Source: Malacoraja senta (taxonomy: Eukaryota). From it: a stretch of 64,000 nucleotides of DNA. Made by a program: the position numbers and the translations under genes. The notes beneath the pieces are model-generated. The model ran no database searches. It saw nothing but the letters and a program-made list of their open reading frames with translations, and was not told the origin of the DNA. The stretch's first letter is position 1; each line of letters starts with the position of its first letter. Of this stretch, positions 26,069-37,990 are shown piece after piece. The stretch spans positions 15,190,001-15,254,000 of the forward strand of contig CM075984.1 in NCBI GenBank assembly GCA_038087875.1, written 5' to 3'.

Positions 26069-27044
26069 TGTAGATGAGATATGCATGTGCCTTTAACATA
26101 GTGACCTTCTGACACCAATGTCTCGCGCTACCAGACTCCCGCTCCCTGTGGCCCAGCGCTCCCTCATACCCTCCATCCTCCCACCTGCGGCGGTTCAGAA
26201 ACGCATTGCCTTCAGGCACGACGTCCAAAAGCGTTCCCATGACAGGTCCTGCCACCCGCTGCCGCGCCTCTTCCCCGGTCAAGTTGTCCGTATGCAGACC
26301 GCTCCCGGTCACTCCAAGCTCGCTACCGTCGTCGGCTCTGCGGGGTCGCCCAGGTCCTATCTCGTCGACCACGCTGGAGCCATTTACCGACGGTCCCGCC
26401 AGCACCTTCGGCTCGTCAACGAGCCGCGTCCTCCTGCCGCGGATCCCTTTGCTCCCCCACTGCCTGTTTCGCGTCAGGGCGTTGCTCTGCCCGTCCTTCC
26501 TGACATGCAACGTTCTGCTCCTCCTCAGCCCCTTCCGTTCCACCCCGCTCCGACTAGTCCTCGCTCGCCTGCCCGCGCTCTTCCCGGTCCTGATCTCGCA
26601 TCACCTCCGGGTTCGGTGCCGCGGTCTCCTCCGTCTCTTCCCGTTTCCCCCTTTCAGGTTCGTCTGTCCCCGCCGGTGCCTCTTCCTCCTGCAGGAAGGG
26701 TGGATGGCGAGACGCGAACCCGGGCGGGACGTCTTGTCAAACCGCCTGACCGCTATGGCGATTTTGTTTAACTATCCTAGCGCATGAGCCGTGGTCGCCA
26801 TGTCACCATTGTATTTGCCTGTCGTTTCGAAGGGGAAAGATGTAGATGAGATATGCATGTGCCTTTAACATAGTGACCTCATACCTACTAACCACTCCCC
26901 ATATCACAAGTATATCTACAACCTCCCCACCCACAGATCGCTCTCTAGTTCCTGTGACAGACCACGTACAGCTAGTGCAATGTGTAATGCTCCAGTATGA
27001 ATAAAGATAGTAAAGTAACGATGCCTCGTTATGGAGTCTTTACA
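26069..27044 (+). mobile_element. Internally deleted Ty3/Gypsy LTR retrotransposon
   Basis: 5-bp TSD gatac (26064-26068, 27045-27049). 5' LTR truncated to 39 bp. PPT aaggggaaaga precedes a complete TG...CA 3' LTR (26841-27044) containing AATAAA. Confidence 0.92.
26118..26771 (+). pseudogene. Gypsy integrase C-terminal remnant (open 217-aa frame)
   Basis: MSR.TR.PLP, L.PGQ.VRMQ, PRSYLVD..G.IYRR.RQHLR and TRTRAGRLVKPPDRY are typical of Gypsy pol C-termini. Confidence 0.8.
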
Positions 27045-27259
27045 GATACCATATTTATGAATGCACACTCATCCTTAAAGATGAAACCAGGTACAAGAAC
27101 ATATAGGTGGGGGCTGCCAAAAACGAAGAGGGACCCGACGTGAAGGGGTCCCTTTGCATTTTTTGTGTATGGTATGCAAAACAAAGAATTTCACCGTGAC
27201 ATGTCACATGTAATAATAAAGTATCAATCAATTAATCAAGCAATCACTTTTGCAGCTGA

Positions 27260-27705
27260 GCGTTTAAGAAAGAACTGCAGATGCTGGAAAAATCGACGGT
27301 AGACAAAAATGCTGGGGAAACTCAGCGGGTGAGGCAGCATCTATGGAGCGAAGGAATAGGTGACGTTTTGGGTCGAGACCCTTCGTCAGACTGATGTGGG
27401 GGTGGGGGGGCGGGAAGAAGAAAGGAAGAGGCGGAGATAGTGGGCTATGGGAGTGTAGAGTTGGAGGGAAGGGGGAATCACAGAGGGAGTAACAACCTCC
27501 TCTCCCACTGCCCCCCCCTTTGTGATTCTCCTTTCCCTCCAACTCTACGCTCCCACAGCCTACTGTCTCTGCCTCTTCCATTCTTCTTCCCGACCCCCCA
27601 CCCCCACATCAGTCTGAAGAAGGGTCTCGACCCGAAACGTCACCTATTCCTTTCCTCCATAGATGCTGCCTCACCCACTGAGTTTCTACAGCATTTTTGT
27701 CTACA
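27260..27705. mobile_element. Palindromic Penelope mini-element with arms of about 190 bp and two hammerhead motifs
   Basis: Inverted arms about 27300-27489 and 27515-27704; 11-bp TSD tttgcagctga (27249-27259, 27706-27716). Confidence 0.88.
27611..27645 (+). ncRNA. Minimal hammerhead ribozyme motif
   Basis: agt-CTGAAGA-agggtctcgaccc-GAAA-cg-TC-acc; predicted cleavage after 27641. Confidence 0.72.
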
Positions 27706-28385
27706 TTTGCAGCTGAAGGAAGTTTGTGAAAGAACAATTCTTGATCTTTAATGGGAAACATGAAAGCTCCATTCCTCCTCAGCTTGTTCAACCACTTTCA
27801 AGCTTGATTATTTGTCTCCATTATCGCAGCATGTCAAAGTAACAACTTGGAACAATAAACATCACAATGCAATCCTGGGATTGCCAAGAAATCTCTATTG
27901 GAAATGGAAATAAATAATTGAAATCCCTGCCTAAGAGAAGTTAAACCTGCCCCACAAATAATCAGAACATGACAGCACATCTACAGTACCTACTGTCGTG
28001 AAGTTGGGCGTTGAGTAATTGGGAAATTTGATCCATCTTTGTGAATGTCTGATTTTCATCACATTTTCTGCCGTAAGTCAGCCATGTAGCTTTATTGGTG
28101 ATTTGGATGCATCATGGGCCTCCAGTCTTTTGTCTCAAAAGTGCACGGTACAAGTGGGCCAGCATTTGTTTTCCACTCCTTGTTGCTCTGGCATTTGTAT
28201 GGCTTGGCAAACAGTTTAACTGGGATTAATAGTTGCCATATTGAGTCATTTCTAAGTAATGATGGATCTGGCAGCTTCTGTGCCCTGAAGAGTTTCTTGG
28301 TAGTTCAGCAGCATTCATGTCTGTTTTGGGCGAATATGAGATATCAGTGGCAGAAATCCCTATGGGCCAAGTGGGCTGCTTTAAA

Positions 28386-28703
28386 CTTTAGACTTTAGAG
28401 ATACAGCTTGTAAACAGGCCCTTTGTCTCACCAGGTCGGCGGTGACCAGCGATCACCCCGTACACTAGCACTGTCCTACACGCTAGGGACAATTTACTAT
28501 TTTTACCGAAGCCAATTAACCTATAAACCTGTATGTCTTTGGAGTGTGGAAGGAAACCGGAGCACCCAGAGAAAACCCACACAGTAACAGGGACAGCGAA
28601 CAAACTCCGTACAGACAGTACGTATAGTCAGGATCAAACCCGGTTTTTTTTGCGCTGTAGGGCAGCAACTCTACAACTCTATCACTGCACCACTGTGCTG
28701 CCC
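28386..28703 (-). mobile_element. V-SINE (HE1-like)
   Basis: Same consensus. Confidence 0.85.
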
Positions 28704-30694
28704 CAAGCTGCTTCTGTGATGTAAATCGTATGGAATTAGGAGCAGAAGTAGATAACTCATCCTCTTGATCCTCTTCCATTCAATAAGTTCATGCCTTGAT
28801 TAGTCTTAACCTCAGCGCCACATTTCCACCCACATCCTATAACCTTTCATCATCCTTATCAAGAACCTTACCTCTGCCGTAAAACTATTCAAGGCATCTG
28901 CTTCCACTGACCTTTGAGGAGGAGTTTCAGAAAAAAATATTGACTCATCTCTGTAATAAATGGACGTCATTATTTTGCAACAGTGACCCTGCATTTAGAC
29001 TCACACACAAGGAAGCATACTCTCCACATCCATCCTCTCAAGACCTTCAGGATCTTATGTTTCAAGTTCCAAGTAATTTTTCTGGTGCTGACCCAAGTGT
29101 TTCTAAATTAATTGGATGTGATTCCTACTATTATCGCAGTGGGATCCAAATTTGATCAGTGATATTCTGCAGGTTGACACCAGAACTTTGAGACATTATC
29201 ACAGGCCCAGTGGAATTTCCTTTAAACCCAGCTCAGTCCTTTTAATAAACTGAATAGAATTTACTGTGGTCATGCACGTTCCTCATTATTTATGGGTATC
29301 ATGTACATATGATTACAACATCTTTGGATTACCTTTTAGTAAAGATGAATAATTGTATTCATTTTCCTACCAAGCTATATGTTTGGAGTTTTTTCATCGT
29401 AAATGTATGAGCTGAAAATCGGTGTGATATTTTCCTGGAAGTGTAGCTCACACTCCAATCTTGCCTCCTGTCAAAAGTTATCAAAGCATTTTGGGTGTTG
29501 AGTTTAGTTTTGTTTATTATTGTCACGTGTACTGAGGTACAGTGAAAAGCTTATGTCGCTCTTCTAGGGAGATGCTAACTGCATTTTGTTATCTCTGTAC
29601 TGTACACTGCACAATGAAAATAAAGTTGAATCTGAATCTGATCTGACGAGAGGCAGGTATATCTCCACTTTTTTTCTTTTTTTTCCTTGTTTTCCCCCCT
29701 TCTCCTCTCTTACATCTTTATTCATTCTTTGGCCACACTACTTTGGTAGTCTAGGGGTCCTATCTTTTTACCTTTCACTTTTTCTCTTTCTTGTTCTTTT
29801 CCATTATTTTCAAGTTAAAAGGTTAAAATTGAAACTGTACAATAATTGTATAATTTTATATGCCAAATGTTTTATTCTTGTACAATTGCTTCTAATAAAA
29901 ATAATTTAACTTTTTTTTTTTTTTTTAAGGATAACGGGTATAGTATTTAGTGCAAGACATAACGTTGAAGTCTGATAAAGTCCGCTTAAAGATAGTTCAA
30001 AGGTCTTCAATGAGGTAGATGGGAGGTGAGGACTGCACTCTAGTAGATATAGCCTCGTTATACCTTACCACCGAACCCTCGGTGCAGTGAGTCAACTTGT
30101 CTGGCCATTGCAACAAGGTAAATTGGAGTTGGTGGAAAGGTGAGCTGAATTCAGTTTGTTTTGGCCTATGCTTGGAAAAAGGAACGGTGCAAACTACTTT
30201 GTACGGAAATGTTGGACTCAACGGCAGCAGGTTTAGCAAGGAGTTACTAATGCAATCATTGCACACACAAAAAAAATCCCACATACTTCCCACATGTATT
30301 TCATGGTTAGAAAACGAAATGTATTCCAGAAGTGACTATTCCACAGCTAGTAATTGTGAGCATATGTACAATGGCATATGGAAGTGCTTAATGGGTAAAA
30401 CTTGGGAGAGTGAGGGACAAACTGTTGAAATGTCCCATGTGTCCAGGCTCCATGTTGTCCCATTTGTTGTATAACAACAAAAATGAACATAGAGAATGTC
30501 ATTATCACAGTATTTTTAAAAATAAAGTTCAATTTTCTGTAGTTCTTTCTTTGTATATCAGATCAATCTAGAAAATTAAGAGCTTTAACATGAATCTGGA
30601 TGTTGTCCCTTTTCATTTGTTATTTTAAACATTTTTGTGTAACTCTACTAATGTCAAAGATGTACCTGGAACATAGAACAGTACAGTACAGTTT

Positions 30695-31032
30695 AGAGGT
30701 GTACATAATCATGAGAGGAATAGATCGGATAGACACATAGAGACTCTTGCCCAGAATAGGAGAATCGAGAACACAGGTTTAAGGTGAGGGGGGAAAGATT
30801 TAATAGGAACCTAACCTTTTCACACGAAGGGTCGTGGTAGTATGGAACGAGCTGCTGGAGGAGGTAGTTGATGCAAGTACTATCGCAATGTTTAAGAAAC
30901 ATTTAGACAGGTACATGTATAGGACATGTTTAGAGGGAAATGGGCCAAATGCAGGCAGGTGGTACATGTGTAGATGGGACATGTTGGTCAGTGTGAGCAA
31001 GTTATGCCGAAGGGCCTGTTTTCACCCTCTAT
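30695..31032 (+). mobile_element. CR1 3' fragment
   Basis: EVYIIMRGID...WNELLEEVV and the 3' tail. Confidence 0.8.
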
Positions 31033-31522
31033 GCCAAAACAGAGGCAATACACTTATTGTATGTGGATAAGGTCATCGGCCATAATCGGAGGTAAATCAA
31101 AGAGCATATTTGAGACTTAAGTTTGTTAAATTGAGATATGTAACTGCAAAGAGATGTCAAAAGCTAATATCATGGATCCCATTTTTCAATGCAGTTTTGT
31201 CAGCATAATTTTCAGTGATCAGATATGCATCATAAGATGTGTGGATTAAATCTGAAGTTCCAAATCTACAATGCCCTCCATAATGTTTGGGACAAAGACC
31301 CCTCATTTATTTATTTGCCTCTGCACTCCACAATTTGAGATTTGTAATAGAAAAAAATCACATGTGGTTAAAGTGCACATTGTCAGATTTTACTAAAGAC
31401 CATTTTTATACATTTTGGTTTCACCATGTGCAAATTACAGCAGTGTTTATCATAGTCCCCCCATTTCAGGGCACCATAATGTTTGGGACACAGCAATGTC
31501 ATGTAAATGAAAGTAGTCATGT

Positions 31523-33767
31523 TTAGTATTTTGTTGAATATACTTTGCATGCAATGACTGCTTGAAGCCTGCGATTCATGGACATCACCAGTTGCCGGGT
31601 GTCTTCTCTGGTGATGCTCTGCCAAGCCTGTCTTACAGCCATCTTTAGCTTATACTTGTTTTGGGGGCTAGTCCCCTTCAGTTTTCTCTTCAGCATATAA
31701 AAGGCATACTCAATTGGGTTCAGATCGGGTGATTGACTTGGCCACTCAAGAATCAACCATTTTTTAGCTTTGAAATACCCTTTGTTGCTTTAACAGTATG
31801 TTCAGGATCATTGTCTTGCTGTAGAATGAACCGCCGGCCAATGAGTTTTGAGGATTTGTTTGAACTTGAGCAGATACGATGTGTCTATACACTTCAGAAT
31901 TAATTATGCTACTACCAGCAGTTGTATCATCAATGAAGATCAGTGAGCCAGTACCTTCAGCAGCCATACATGCCCAGGCCATAACACCCCCACCACTGTG
32001 TTTCACAGATGAAGTGATATGCGTTGGATCTTGGGCAGTTCCTTCTCTCCTCCATAATTTGCATTTTGCCATCACTCTGATATAAGTTAATCTTCATCTC
32101 ATCTGTCCACAAGACCTTTTTTCAGATCTGTGGTTGGTCTTTTAAGTACTTCTTGGCAAACTGTAACCTGGCAATCCTATTTTTGAGGCAAAGCAGTGGT
32201 TTGCATCTTGCAGTGTAGCCTCTGTAAAATGGACAAGGGAGAGCCAGTGGATGTAGTGTACCTGGACTTTTGATAAGCATTTGATAAAGTCCCACATAGG
32301 AAATTAGTGGGCAAAATTATGGCACATGGTATTGGGGGTAGAGTGCTGACATGGATAGAAAATTGGTTGGCAGACAGGAAACAAAGTGTATGGATTAACG
32401 GGTCCCTTTGAGAATGACAGGCAGTGACTAGTGGGGGTACCGCAAAGCTCGGTGCTGGGACCGCAGCTATTTACAATATACATCAATGATTTAGATGAAG
32501 GGATTCAAAGTAACATTAGCAAATTTGCAGATGACATAAAGCTGGGTGGCAGTGTGAACTGTGAGGAGGATGCTCTGAGAATGCACTGTTGGGTGAGTGG
32601 GCAGATGCATGGCAGATGCAGTTGAATGTGGATAAATGTGAGGTTATCCACTTTGGTAGCAAAAACAGGAAGGCAGATTATTATCTAAATGGTGTCAAGT
32701 TGGGAAAAGGGTAAGTACAACGGGATCTGGGGGTCCTTGTTCATCAGTCAATGAAAGTAAGCATGCAGGTACAGCAGGCAGTGAAGAAAGCGAATGGCAT
32801 GTTAGTTTTCATAACAAGAGGAATTGAGTATAGGAGCAAAGAGGACCTTCTGCAGTTGTATAGGGCCCCAGTGAGACCACACCTGGAGTATTGTGTGCAG
32901 TTTTGGTCCCCTAATTTGAGGAAGGACCTTCTTGCTATTGAGAGAGTGCAGCGTCGGTTTACAAGATTAATTCCTGGGATGGCGGGACTGTCATATGCTG
33001 AGAGAATGGAGCGGCTGGGCTTGTACACTCTGGAGTTTAAAAGGATGAGAGGGAATCTTATTAAAACATATAAGATTATTAAGGGTTTGGACACACCAGA
33101 GGCAGGAAACATTTCCCGATGTTGGGGGAGTCCAGAACCAGGGGCCACAGTTTAAGAATAAGGGGTAAGCCATTTAGAACGGAGACGAGGAAACACTTTT
33201 TCTCACTGAGAGTTGTGAGTCTGTGGAATTCTCTGCCTCAGAGGGTGGTGGAGGCCGGTTCTCTGGATACTTTCAAGAGAGCTAGATAGGGTTCTTAAAG
33301 ATTGCGGAGTCAGGGGATATGGGGAGAAGGCAGGAACGGGGTACTGATTGCGGATGAACAGCCATGATCACATTGAATGGCGGTGCTGGCTTGAAGGGCT
33401 GAATGGCCTACTCCTGCACCTATTGTCTAATGTCTATTGTCTGTTCATGAAGTCTTCTGCGGACAGTGGTTATTGACAAATCCACACCTGACTCCTGAAG
33501 AGTGGTTCTGATCTGTCGGACAGGTGTTTGGGAATTTTCCTTTGTTATAGAGAGAATTCTTCTGTCATCAGCTGTGGAGGTCTTCCTTGGCCCGCCAGTC
33601 CCTTTGCGAATAGAAAGCTCACCAGTGCTCTCTTTCTTCTTAATAATGTTCCAAACAGTTGATTTTGGTAAGCCTAAGGTTTGGCTGGTGTCTCTAACAG
33701 TTTTATTCTTGTTTCCCAGTCTCATAATGGCTTCTTTGACTTTCATTGGCACAATTTTGGTCCTCAT
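31523..33767 (-). pseudogene. Tc1 transposase pseudogene split by a CR1 insertion
   Basis: N-terminal part MRTKIVPMKVKEAIMRL...PKSTVWNIIKK...GGPRKT...RRLHEQ. C-terminal part WTDE..., VKHSGGGVMAWACM, QQDNDPEH, EWPSQSPDLNPIE...STKY*. Frameshifted. Confidence 0.9.
32228..33441 (+). mobile_element. 5'-truncated CR1 LINE inserted in the Tc1 transposase
   Basis: RT motifs GVPQSSVLGP and SKFADD, C-terminus HLEYCVQFWSP...RRFTRLIPGM, and a (tattgtc)n tail. Confidence 0.93.
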
Positions 33768-33830
33768 GTTGATAAACAGCAATAAAAGTTTCCAAAGGTG
33801 ATGGAAAGACAAGGTGCTGAGAGCTCTCTA

Positions 33831-34681
33831 AAGGGCCTGTCCCACTTGGGCGACCTAAGCTGCGAGTTTAGAAGAGTTTCCCCTGGACTCAAACTCGCAG
33901 CATGGTCGACACGAGGTCCTAGGAGATCGTATGAGGTGGCTGGAACTCTCCTTCATGCTTGAGGGAAGTTCCTGCCTACTCGTGGCCTCAGTTAGGTCGC
34001 GGAAATTTTTTCAGGATATTGAAAAATTCTCCGCGAGTAAAATTTGGTCGGCATGGGTCTATTTCACTCGTAGTGCAGTGGAGTGGGGTCGCTATTTACT
34101 TACACGTACTCAAGGCCAGCCGTAGGCCATCTCCTTTGCTGACCGGGCATTTTGATTGGGTCATTGGAGTTACACGACCTAGGAAGACCTACCGGTAGGT
34201 AAAATGCCCACTAACTTTATTAAACTTCTTAAAAGTGTCTCCACTCCTTCTCCCCCCACTCTCCCCTTCCCCTCCCCTTCCCCTCCCCTTCCCCTCCCCT
34301 TCCCCTCCCCTTCCCCTTCCCCTCCCCTTCTCCCCCCCTTCTCTCACCCTTCTCTCTCCCTTCTCTCTCCTTCTCTCCCCTCCCCCCCCCCCCCCTCACT
34401 CTCTAAAGGGCTTACGGTACTCTGTGGCAGCCGTTTACCTTCCTCTTCATCGCCCAGACAGCGCTCCTCCACTTGCCCTGGCCCCCACCTTCAAGATGTG
34501 TTTGTGTGTGTTTGTGTGTGTGTGAGGTCGGTCGATGCAGCTCGATGGTCGATCCAGTTTGCGGTTTCAATGCGGCCGGTTAATCCAGCTCGAGGCTTTA
34601 CAGGAGAGTGCCCTCGAGCTCGTAGGTCGAAGGCACTCTTCTGGACTCGCAGATTAGGTCGTCCAAGTGGGACAGGCCCTT
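33831..34681. mobile_element. Non-autonomous DNA transposon (MITE) inserted in the Tc1 element
   Basis: TIR of about 46 bp (aagggcctgtcccacttggNcgacctaaNctgcgagt...). Flanks read as a TA/TA TSD, or as TAA/TTA (PIF/Harbinger-like). Internal (cccctt)n and (tg)n tracts. Confidence 0.85.
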
Positions 34682-35139
34682 TATACCTGCATTAAAGAGG
34701 CAATTAAGCACACCTGAGCAATTACAAACGCCTGTGAAGCCATGTGTCCCAAACATTATGGTGCCCTGAAATGGGGGGGACTATGTATAAACACAGCTGT
34801 AATTCCTACATTGTGAAACCAAAATGTATAAAATGGCCCTGACAATGTGCACTTTAACCACATGTGATTTTTTTTCTATTACAAATCTCAAATTGTGGAG
34901 TACAGAGGTAAATAAATAAATGATGGGCCTTTGTCTCGAACATTATGGAGGGCACTGTACATTATTACTATTAATGTCTTGGACTTAAGTTATAGTGTTT
35001 ATATTGGAATAGGAACACAAGCAATGAGGAGTTTTAACAGCTCATGGGAATATCAATTAAAGATGAACTGACTTATCTCAATGCTGAAATCACATTCATA
35101 TAAACCGCACTGATCAGACTCCCCACCATTGACCGATCT

Positions 35140-35845
35140 GCACTTCACACTGCCTCAGAAAAGCAGCCAACATAACCAAGGACTTGTCCCACCTTGGGCT
35201 ATTCCTTCTTTTTCCCTGTTCCCATCGGGCAAATGCTAAAAAAGTTTGAAAGCACGTCCCACCAGACTGGGGAACAGGTTCTTTCCCTATGTTATTAGGC
35301 TTCAGAATGGTCCTTCCATAAGCCAGGGTACTGTCCGATTCACCTCCACCCCATTGCAGACATTGGACTTTGTCTATAGAACTGTAGCACTACAACACAG
35401 AGTGACATGGTGGCACAGCAGTAGAGTTGCTGCCTTGCAGCGCCAGAGACCCAGATTAGATCCTGACAGCAGGAGGGAGTTCGTATGTTCTCCCCGTTCC
35501 CACGTAGGTTTTCCCCAGGTGCTCCGATTTCCTCCCACACTACAAACACATACATGTGTGTAGGTTAATTGGCTTCGGTAAAAATAGTAAATTGTGTAGG
35601 ACAGTGTTCGTGCACAGGGATTGCTGGCTGACGTTGACTCGGGGGGCCGAAGTGTCTATTTCTGCGCTGTATCTCTAAAACTAAAAAACTTTAAAAAAAA
35701 CTAAACACTACAACAGATACAGATGCATTCTGTATCTTCCCCTTGAGTGTGACGTGATTGTATTTATACAGTATTATCTGATTGGATAATATGCAATACA
35801 AAGCTTTTCACTTTACCTCGCTATGTGACAATATTAAACCTAAAC
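35140..35845 (+). mobile_element. Rex1/Babar-type fragment with a nested SINE
   Basis: LKARPTRLGNRFFPYVIRLQN and the 3' UTR. Confidence 0.7.
35402..35703 (+). mobile_element. V-SINE (HE1-like) nested in a Rex1 fragment
   Basis: Same consensus. Confidence 0.8.
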
Positions 35846-36834
35846 CTCTACGTAAACCTAAAAGCAACCAAAAGACTTGGAGGGATAAAAAGAAAAGGTT
35901 TGCTCCGCCAATAATTGTATGATGTCATTTGAAAGACAAATCTGGGAAAAAGCCAGTCTATTGTTAACGCTCGTTATATAGACAGCATGGGGTTCCAAGC
36001 AAATGGACCAGGAAATTACTTATTGTATTTAACACTTCAGTGTTTTATTGGTGTGCCACTTTGTCGAATATATTTTTTATTTATTATTATAGTCAGTGCA
36101 TTTCTAACGCCAATAATCTTGTACTGAGTAAAAGCTTTAAAATCTATTCTGTGTAATTACAGCCAGCGAAGTATCCCTCCTTATGAAGCTGCTTGATCTG
36201 CAACTATTGATTAATTGGATATCAGAATTAAATCGAGTGCTGAACAAATGGATTATTACACAAGAATTGCCCTTGAGTTGATTTCATTATATTGTGAACA
36301 AATTCCTGAACCTTTTGAAGATTCAGCCTGGTGATGCACAATCCACAACACATGGTCAGAATGTGGCGAGATTCATTAAAAAAAATAGCAGATGTTGCAA
36401 ATGACAAGAACACTCACGAGTGGTGTGTGGTATGGGGACAAGGCAAACTTTGTACTTTGGTTGGAGTACTGCCTGAAATGTTTAACACTCCAGAGGCATG
36501 TCTGTAGCAAAATATGCAGAGGCATGGTTCAGTATACCATTCACTGCCAGGAGTGGACAAAATGACTGCAGATTGCCTGTAATAATAACAGCAATCCTGC
36601 TGTGAACTAGCCTCTCTCTCCCTCAGAGCGTAAGCTATTTTGTCGGTATCATTATCTAAAAGCATGGGGCACAATGCAAGATCTGACCGCTTTCCCCCTA
36701 CCTATTACTGAATTTAAATCCAGATTTTCAGAAAAAAATAATTGGAAGTTTTTCATTCACATAAATGTTGAAAAACGATTAGATCCTTGTTAGACCTGTG
36801 CTATGCATTAGATTCAATCCAACAAATAATATGG

Positions 36835-37271
36835 GAAAGAAAGACACACCAAGTGTTGGAGTAACTCAGCGAGTCAGGCAGCATCTCTGGAGAAAACGGA
36901 TGGGTGACATTTTGGGTCGGGACCCTTCTTCAGACCTGTCTAAGATGCTGCTTGACCCGCTGCATTACTCCAGCACTTTGTGACTATCTTTGCTATAAAC
37001 CGGCATCTGCAGTTAAGGGGCAGCACAGTGGCGCAGCGGTAGAGTTGCTGCCTAATAGTGCCAGAGACCCGGGTCCGACCCTGATTAAGGGTGAAGTCAG
37101 TACTGAGTTTGTACATTCTTCCTGTGACCACATGCGTTTTCTCCGGGTGCTCCGGTTTCTCCGGTGCTAGTGTGGATATGATCACTGGTTAGCGTAGACT
37201 CGGTGGGCCAAGGTGCCAGTTTCCACGCTGTATCTCTAAAATCTAAAATAAAGTGCAGTTCTTTGTTTCTG
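36835..37271. mobile_element. Palindromic Penelope mini-element with a nested V-SINE
   Basis: 12-bp TSD caaataatatgg (36823-36834, 37272-37283). Confidence 0.82.
37017..37250 (+). mobile_element. V-SINE, internally deleted, nested in a Penelope tail
   Basis: Same consensus; tgcagtt duplicated on both sides. Confidence 0.82.
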
Positions 37272-37990
37272 CAAATAATATGGTAAGATTGTCTTTTGCC
37301 CACTTCATAATAAAAAATGATTAATGCCCTTCCCCAAATTTTGCTCAGTTACGGACATATACTGTGCAGTGGAAGGAATTAAAAAATTCCAAATAGCTGG
37401 TTTCATGGAGACTGCAAATGGACGTGATGCAAGGGGCTGAACCATTTCTGTGATAAAAAGTTGTAAAAAAATCTCAGGCATTCAGAATTTTGTGGAAAAA
37501 CTAATCTGTTTTGAGGTCTGGATGGTCACACAGGGCTGGAAGATGAAGCTGATGCGTCTGGTTTGTTGGCTTAAAGTTCAGGAAATAGACAACAGGCATC
37601 TGTACAAGTTAGAACTATTCTTAAGTCTAAGTGAGGTTGAATACAAGTACCGCAACCAGATACATTTGTGTTTGCTTGCCAAATGTTTTTTTAGTATGAG
37701 ACAAATAGTTCTGCCATCTGTTAGCCATTACTAAAATTACAATTTTATTCTTTGTGCTTTTGGAAGTGTAATGTTTATTCTTCCTGTATTGGCTCTGTAG
37801 GTAAGCGATGTGGCATTGAAGCTGCATAAATATAAATGTTCTAAACAGGTTCAGTCTCTGCTGAATTGGGTCATTTTACAAAAGAGCCATCAGATAACAA
37901 TAATGACCTCAGTTCTCCAATTACAGGGGGAACGCCATTGAGGCTGCGCTCTTTAATACCACCTCCTGCAAGTCCTTGTGCGCAAATTGT

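Larger units (their letters stand above)
31269..34957 (-). mobile_element. Second Tc1/mariner element (different family), interrupted by a CR1 LINE and a MITE
   Basis: Long TIRs (caatgccctccataatgtttgggacaaag / ctttgtctcgaacattatggagggcactg) and TA flanks at 31267-31268 and 34958-34959. Confidence 0.92.

Noticed and set aside
34204-34695. Proline-rich 163-aa ORF
   Set aside because: Arises from the (cccctt)n and (tg)n tracts inside the MITE.
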